Shown here: positions 58,643 through 64,000 of the stretch, piece after piece
Position numbering within the stretch: the first letter of the stretch is position 1
Layout: the number at the start of each line of letters is the position of its first letter
Source: an uncultured Nitrospinaceae bacterium
GTDB taxonomy: Bacteria; UBA8248
Assembly (NCBI GenBank): GCA_964005815.1
Contig: CAXFSR010000017.1
Span: 173,401-237,400, forward strand
Direction: 5' to 3'
DNA: 64,000 bases
The notes under the pieces: model-generated
What the model was told of the DNA's origin: nothing
What the model saw: the letters and a program-made list of their open reading frames with translations, nothing else
The model's database searches: none
Made by a program: the position numbers and the translations under genes

Positions 58643-59983
58643 TTAAGATTTAAACATCTTCTTAACAAACCCAAGTTTATCTTTATTCTTAGTTTTAGAA
58701 AACTTACCCATTATCTTTCTAGTCTGCATAAACTGTTTTAACAGGCGATTGACGTCTTGCACAAGTACTCCACTCCCATTTGCAATTCTTTTTCTTCTAC
58801 TACCCTTAATAATTTCAGGAAAAATTCTTTCTTTATGTGTCATAGAATCAATTATAGCAATATTCCTATAAATTTGTTTTTCGTCAAAATCTACATCCTT
58901 TATCTTTGAAGGAACACCCGGCAATGAAGAAAGCATATCATTTATGGATCCAACTTTTTTCATTTGTTTTAATTGTTCCTTCATAGTTTCTAGATTAAAA
59001 ACATCATCAGAAATCATCTCCATTTCTTCAATGGGTACTGATGCCTCTGCTTTTTCAATTAAGGAAAAAATATCTCCCATTCCTAAAATACGAGAAGCCA
59101 TTTTTTCTGGATCAAATTCCTCTATATCAGCAATTTTTTCTCCAACACCAACAAACCTTACAGGCAAATTTGTGACAGAGCGTATAGAAAGAACTGCTCC
59201 TCCTCTAGAATCTCCATCAAATTTCGTGAAAATCACTCCTGTTAGATCAATTCTATTAGAAAATGACTCTCCAAGTGAAACTGCATCCTGACCTGCCATA
59301 GAATCTACTACAAGGATAGATTCATCAGGCTTTGATATCTGATGTATTTCCTTTAATTCTGCCATTAAATCATCATCATCACTTAATCTTCCTGAACTAT
59401 CAATTATACAATAATCATAATGTCCCTTTTTTCCCTCTTCTAAAGCATTTTTCACAAGCGGAACAGGACTTTTAAAATCAATTGGATCAAAAAAATCAAC
59501 TTCTGCTTGTTGTGATAGAACCTTCAATTGTTTCACTGCAGCAGGTCTAGCAAGATCTGCAGGAACTAACAATACTCTCATGCCTTTATCTTTAAAACTT
59601 TTAGCAACCTTCCCAGCTGTAGTAGTCTTACCTGAACCTTGAAGTCCTACTAATAGTATAACAGTTGGCCCAAATTCAACTCTCTTAAATGGATTTGATT
59701 TCATCCCCATTAAATTTATCAATTCTTCTTTTACAGCCTTTATAACTTGCTGAGAGGGATCTAAATGAGCGGCTTTTTGAACACCGATTAATTTCTCTCT
59801 AACCTTCTCAATGAATTTTTTTGCTACATTAAAATTAACATCAGCTTCAAGAAAAGCCATACGGATTTCTCTCAAAACAACGTCAATGTTTTCCTCACTC
59901 AACAAACCCTTCTGTCGGAGATCTGAAAAAATACCTGTCAAACGACTAGTTAAAGACTCAAACACATAACCCCCCAAAATCAC
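58643..59983 (-). CDS. ffh: signal recognition particle protein Ffh
   Basis: N/G domains with GLQGSGKTTT (GTPase P-loop), DTAGR-type (VDSMAGQD variant region), and a Met-rich M-domain (…KQMKKVGSINDMLSSLPGV…). 446 aa. Confidence 0.95.
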   Translation of the reverse strand: MILGGYVFESLTSRLTGIFSDLRQKGLLSEENIDVVLREIRMAFLEADVNFNVAKKFIEKVREKLIGVQKAAHLDPSQQVIKAVKEELINLMGMKSNPFKRVEFGPTVILLVGLQGSGKTTTAGKVAKSFKDKGMRVLLVPADLARPAAVKQLKVLSQQAEVDFFDPIDFKSPVPLVKNALEEGKKGHYDYCIIDSSGRLSDDDDLMAELKEIHQISKPDESILVVDSMAGQDAVSLGESFSNRIDLTGVIFTKFDGDSRGGAVLSIRSVTNLPVRFVGVGEKIADIEEFDPEKMASRILGMGDIFSLIEKAEASVPIEEMEMISDDVFNLETMKEQLKQMKKVGSINDMLSSLPGVPSKIKDVDFDEKQIYRNIAIIDSMTHKERIFPEIIKGSRRKRIANGSGVLVQDVNRLLKQFMQTRKIMGKFSKTKNKDKLGFVKKMFKS

Positions 59984-60046
59984 AAAAAGTGTCTTATAGA
60001 GTAATAAGAAGTATTATGTCAATTACCAGAAAAGTAAAACCGTGAT

Positions 60047-60754
60047 TTATCCTCTAAGCAAACTGATGGTTTTTGCATAATCATTAGAACCAAAAATAGC
60101 TGTCCCTGCAACTAAAACATCAGCTCCAGATTTTCGAATTTCTTCAGCATTATAAATATTCACTCCTCCATCAACCTCTAAAAGAACATTTAGGTTTTCT
60201 TCTTCAATATAAGAATGAATCTGCTTTATTTTCTCTAACGAAGATGGAATAAAAGACTGACCACCAAAACCGGGATTTACACTCATTAAAAGGACTATAT
60301 CAACTTGATCCAAAATAGAATTTATTGCGCTAAATGGAGTTTCAGGATTTAAACTTATTCCTACTAAGACATCCTTAGATTTAATCATCTTAACCGTTTC
60401 TTGAAAATCTGAAATTGCTTCTATGTGAAAGGTAATAATATCGGCACCAGCATCAATGAACTCTTTAATCATCATTTCTGGATGAGAAATCATCAAATGA
60501 ACATCTAAAACTATATTTGGACAGCATTTTCTTGTAGTATGCACAAACTGAGGTCCAAATGAAATATTTGGCACAAAATGCCCATCCATAATATCCAAGT
60601 GTAACCAGTCAGCACCGGATTTCTCAACCAATAGAAGTTCATCTTTAAGATTTTCAAAATTGCTTGCTAGTACTGAAGGTGCAATTTTTATTTTACCACG
60701 CGTTAAATCTAGACTTGGCATTTTTCCCCTGTCAATGATCTTGTTCTTCAACAA
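60047..60754 (-). CDS. rpe: ribulose-phosphate 3-epimerase
   Basis: …IAPSVLASNF…, …HLDIMDGHFVPNISFGP…, …VDGGVN… motifs. 235 aa (the start may be the internal Met). Confidence 0.9.
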   Translation of the reverse strand: MLKNKIIDRGKMPSLDLTRGKIKIAPSVLASNFENLKDELLLVEKSGADWLHLDIMDGHFVPNISFGPQFVHTTRKCCPNIVLDVHLMISHPEMMIKEFIDAGADIITFHIEAISDFQETVKMIKSKDVLVGISLNPETPFSAINSILDQVDIVLLMSVNPGFGGQSFIPSSLEKIKQIHSYIEEENLNVLLEVDGGVNIYNAEEIRKSGADVLVAGTAIFGSNDYAKTISLLRG

Positions 60755-61697
60755 GTTCGTTATCTAAAAAGATTTTCACTCTATTATACCCCGTAGAGGG
60801 AATCAAGGTATGAATTTTCTCTCCCGCTCTTACTTTTTTTGAAAAAATTTCCTTTTCTTGACCTTTCTCTAATAGAACAATTCGAATTCTACGTTCAAAC
60901 GAACCTGATGGCACCGTATATCTTAAAACACTAAAATTACCTGCAATCTGGTCCAAACCTCTAGCTACTTTAACATGTACGCTATGACCTGCCAGAACTT
61001 TTTTCCCAGACAGAGGCACCTGAGAAATGATATAGCCTCTAGGAATACCTTGAGTATCTACATATTTCACTCTCCCAACTGTTAAACCTAACTTACGTAC
61101 GATATCTAATCCAGAATTTACTGAAGTCCCAACTATTCTTGGCATGGAGTAAGCTCTTTCTCTTGAACCTTGACTTACAATCAAAACAACACCCTCTCCT
61201 CTTCTTACCTTAGTCTTAGGACTTGGCCATATTCCCATAACCTGAGAAAAAGAGACATCAGAATTATAAACTCTTCCTAAATACTTAACTCGTAATCCGT
61301 TCAAACGAACTAAAGTTTCTGCCCTGTTAACATTTTCACCAACAACCTTTGGAACTTCAACATCACGAGAACCAAGACTGATAATTAGACCTACATTTCT
61401 GCCCTTTCTTATTCTCCTTCCACCAGTAGGTATTTGTTCAATGACATGATTCCTAGGAATAGAATCACTGAAGGAGTGTTTCTTTACTGTCACTGGAATA
61501 TCAAGACTACCATACTTCTCCAACACTCTACCTACATCCATACCAACTACATTTGGGAGATAAACCGAACCTCCAGTTCTAAAAAGATAAAGCCCAAAAA
61601 TACCTCCTACGACAATTGTAAACATTATCAAAACAAAACATATGAAATACTTTAAAACCGTCTTAATCTCAATTGTCATCATTTTCTTCTTTTCCAC
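60732..61697 (-). CDS. membrane-anchored PASTA-repeat protein without kinase domain
   Basis: N-terminal TM helix (FICFVLIMFTIVVGGIFGLYLF) followed by three about 65-aa PASTA-like repeats (LPNVVGMDVGRV…, VPKVVGENVNRA…, MPRIVGTSVNSG…) and an about 70-aa tail. Overlaps rsmB (19 nt) and rpe (23 nt). Confidence 0.75.
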   Translation of the reverse strand: MEKKKMMTIEIKTVLKYFICFVLIMFTIVVGGIFGLYLFRTGGSVYLPNVVGMDVGRVLEKYGSLDIPVTVKKHSFSDSIPRNHVIEQIPTGGRRIRKGRNVGLIISLGSRDVEVPKVVGENVNRAETLVRLNGLRVKYLGRVYNSDVSFSQVMGIWPSPKTKVRRGEGVVLIVSQGSRERAYSMPRIVGTSVNSGLDIVRKLGLTVGRVKYVDTQGIPRGYIISQVPLSGKKVLAGHSVHVKVARGLDQIAGNFSVLRYTVPSGSFERRIRIVLLEKGQEKEIFSKKVRAGEKIHTLIPSTGYNRVKIFLDNELVEEQDH

Positions 61698-63040
61698 CTC
61701 ATAGCATAAAAACCATCTATATTTCCATCCTCTGGTTTTATCTGCAAAGAACCATCTGTTTGAATAAATTGCATTGCACTATCAGGAAAATTTGATTTAT
61801 CTACATTTACAAAAAATTCTTTAGATGTAAATGCAGATGTTACTAAATCCGTTTCTTCTGGTTCGTTACTGCAAACAGAATACACTAAAACGCCACCTGG
61901 TCTAACAGATTTAGAAACTGCATCAAGAAGATGTTTTTGTCGTTTGGAAAAATCTTTTAATTTATTTCTTTCCAAACGCCATCTTGCATCAGGATGTCGT
62001 CTTAGCACGCCTAAAGAAGAACAAGGAGCATCTAATAAAACTAGATCAAAAACATCATTGAAAATTTCATCCAGCACATCTGCTATCAAAATATTGACTT
62101 TAGCATTCATTCTAAAGCAATTAATCTTTAATCTATCAATTCTACTAACAGAAAAATCAGAAGCCAAAACGTTCCCATTTTCTCCTAATGAAAGATAAAG
62201 ACCTACTGTCTTACCTCCAGGGGCAGCACAACTATCCCAAATGAGATTGCCAGATTTTGGATTTGCATAACGCGTAACCAAGCTTGAAGCCTCATCTAGT
62301 ATCCAAAAAGCTCCTTCCCTAAACAAATCGTTATCCGTTAGAGAGTTATTTCTTACATTTGGAGAAGTAGCTAAATGCAAACAATCAGGATCAAACAATC
62401 CTGGGGTAAGATTGTAACCCATGCTTACTAATCTATCCGACAAATCTTCTACGCTTCCCCATTTTAGATTCACTCTCAAAACAACATTAGGAATCTGATT
62501 ATTACTTTGGCAACGATTTTTAGCCAGTTCAGGACCTAATTCTTTTGTCCATTTTCTTGTTAACCATTTTGGATGTGATTCCCAAATTGATAAATCTTTA
62601 ATTATTTCTTCTGATGGAAAAGGTTTAGAGTTTGATATTTTTCTTAAAACAGCATTCACTAAACCTTTTGCCCAGATGTCTTTTGTATTTTTCAGTAAAT
62701 CTACTGAAGTATTTATTGCACTATAATTTGGAATTCTATCCAGAAAAATTAACTGATACACTCCTATTCGAAGAGCCTGTTTAATTTGATGGCTTAATCT
62801 ATCAATTGGTTTATTTAAAAAAATCTCATATGTCCAATCTAAACGATTTCTCCAACGTAAAACTCCATAAATAATCTCACGCAAAAGTGTTTTATCTCTA
62901 TTATCAAGATCATGTGGACAGAATTTTTTGAAAAGGTCAGTTGTATGTTGCGGATTGTTTTCAAAATAATTTAATGCTTTAAATGCTATTTCTCTAATAT
63001 CTACACTTTCCTTATTTTTTTTAATTTTAGACAAAATCAT
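61679..63040 (-). CDS. rsmB: 16S rRNA (cytosine967-C5)-methyltransferase RsmB/Sun
   Basis: N-terminal NusB-like domain, SAM-binding DSCAAPGGKT and DAPCSSLGV, catalytic VYSVCS motifs. 453 aa. Confidence 0.85.
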   Translation of the reverse strand: MILSKIKKNKESVDIREIAFKALNYFENNPQHTTDLFKKFCPHDLDNRDKTLLREIIYGVLRWRNRLDWTYEIFLNKPIDRLSHQIKQALRIGVYQLIFLDRIPNYSAINTSVDLLKNTKDIWAKGLVNAVLRKISNSKPFPSEEIIKDLSIWESHPKWLTRKWTKELGPELAKNRCQSNNQIPNVVLRVNLKWGSVEDLSDRLVSMGYNLTPGLFDPDCLHLATSPNVRNNSLTDNDLFREGAFWILDEASSLVTRYANPKSGNLIWDSCAAPGGKTVGLYLSLGENGNVLASDFSVSRIDRLKINCFRMNAKVNILIADVLDEIFNDVFDLVLLDAPCSSLGVLRRHPDARWRLERNKLKDFSKRQKHLLDAVSKSVRPGGVLVYSVCSNEPEETDLVTSAFTSKEFFVNVDKSNFPDSAMQFIQTDGSLQIKPEDGNIDGFYAMRWKRRK

Positions 63041-63059
63041 CTTCTTAATTTTAAAATAC

Positions 63060-64000
63060 CTAGATATTTACAAATATACTTCCATTTACTATTGGAAATC
63101 CTTTCAAAAAATCTTCCGCATCTAGAACCTTCTTTCCTGATAATTGTACTTTTAATAACAACAAATCACCTTTTCCTGTTCTTACTCTTAAACCAACTCC
63201 TAATTTACATTTCGCTAGGCCTAAAAATGTTCCGGGTCTCGCAAGAACTTTACTTTCAGATTCAATAACAAATGCATCCCAGATTCTTACTCTATACTTA
63301 CCTTCTGACAAATAACTTTCTGCTACTGGCCAAGATTTAAAAGCTCTAATTTTACGTTCAATATCTACAGCACTCTTTTGCCAATCTATCTTTGCTTCAT
63401 CTTTATGTATTTTTTCTGCAAAAGTTACTTTCGATTCATCTTGTTCTTTCTCTTTCAACTCAATACTAGATATCTTTTCTATAGTATCTTTTAACAGAAT
63501 AGCTCCAATAGTTGACATTCTCTCATATAAAGAATCAGCAGTTTCTCTTTCATGAATAGAAATTTTCTTTTCTGCTAAAATTGGACCTGCATCCATCTCT
63601 GGAATTAATCGTATAATAGATACACCCGTTTCTTTGTCCCCATGGAGAATAGCTCGTTGTATTGGTGCAGCTCCTCTCCAACGTGGCAACAATGATCCAT
63701 GGAGATTTATAGTTCCTTTTTTGGGGATCCCAAGGAACTTCTTACTCAATATCTGTCCATATGCTACTACTACACAAAGATCGGGCTCTAAATCTGATAT
63801 GTCCTTTGAAGTGATTCTTTCTGGTTGTTTTACTTCTAGTCCCAGACAATTGGATGTTTCCTTGACTGGAGAAATATGTAGTTTCCTACCTCTACCCGAT
63901 TTTCTGTCAGGTTGACAAAACACCCTTACTAGTTCTCCAGAAGATTTTTGCAATGCCTCCAATGATGGAACTGCAAAATCGGGAGTTCCAAGAAAAACTA
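63060..64000 (-). CDS. fmt: methionyl-tRNA formyltransferase (5' end beyond window)
   Basis: Reverse complement of the window end reads …LGTPDFAVPSLEALQKSSGELVRVFCQPDRKSGRGRKL…, then HGSLLPRWRGAAPIQRAI (formyltransferase SLLP motif) and a C-terminal domain. The N-terminus lies beyond coordinate 64000. Confidence 0.85.
   Translation of the reverse strand, partial: VFLGTPDFAVPSLEALQKSSGELVRVFCQPDRKSGRGRKLHISPVKETSNCLGLEVKQPERITSKDISDLEPDLCVVVAYGQILSKKFLGIPKKGTINLHGSLLPRWRGAAPIQRAILHGDKETGVSIIRLIPEMDAGPILAEKKISIHERETADSLYERMSTIGAILLKDTIEKISSIELKEKEQDESKVTFAEKIHKDEAKIDWQKSAVDIERKIRAFKSWPVAESYLSEGKYRVRIWDAFVIESESKVLARPGTFLGLAKCKLGVGLRVRTGKGDLLLLKVQLSGKKVLDAEDFLKGFPIVNGSIFVNI

Noticed and set aside
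1-64000. CRISPR arrays, tRNA/rRNA genes, transposases/integrases, 4.5S RNA near ffh
   Set aside because: No regularly spaced repeats, no cloverleaf-compatible segments in the intergenic regions inspected, and no recombinase-like ORFs. Intergenic spaces are short and accounted for by promoters and terminators.

Overview
Low-GC (about 33%) bacterial chromosomal window, densely coded on both strands, with a diderm-type gene complement (TolC-like OMP, FtsX/ABC/AttH lipoprotein-type transporter). Lineage cannot be fixed from sequence alone. Most of it is housekeeping: tyrS, an aspC-like aminotransferase, coaD, moaB, korAB (2-oxoacid:ferredoxin oxidoreductase), queA, HU, rpoZ, ribF, ruvX, mltG, valS, birA, coaX, rnhB, the rpsP-rimM-trmD-(extra SPOUT)-rplS cluster, ffh, rpe, rsmB, fmt. 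No rRNA, tRNA, CRISPR, transposase or integrase was recognised. The more unusual parts are five. (1) A single minus-strand heat-shock super-operon dnaK-cbpA(J-domain only)-hspR(MerR)-grpE-dnaJ, with an inverted repeat wrapped around the predicted dnaK -35 box as a candidate HspR operator. (2) Two molybdopterin oxidoreductase loci lacking Tat signals: a stand-alone DmsA-like enzyme, and a Psr/Ttr/Soe-like catalytic subunit preceded by a fused four-cluster ferredoxin + 8-TM NrfD-like membrane anchor and followed by a TorD-family chaperone, suggesting a cytoplasm-facing quinone-coupled molybdoenzyme. (3) A small accessory metabolic island (SDR + B12-binding radical SAM, convergent with cyclase + luciferase-like monooxygenase + MarR). 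(4) A kinase-less PASTA membrane protein in the fmt-rsmB-...-rpe position where Firmicutes carry PrpC/PrkC. (5) An additional SPOUT-like gene inserted between trmD and rplS. Several uncharacterised ORFs are also noted, including a 454-aa protein plus a translationally coupled 67-aa membrane peptide downstream of coaD-aspC, and an acidic 174-aa protein in the usual gmk position upstream of rpoZ.
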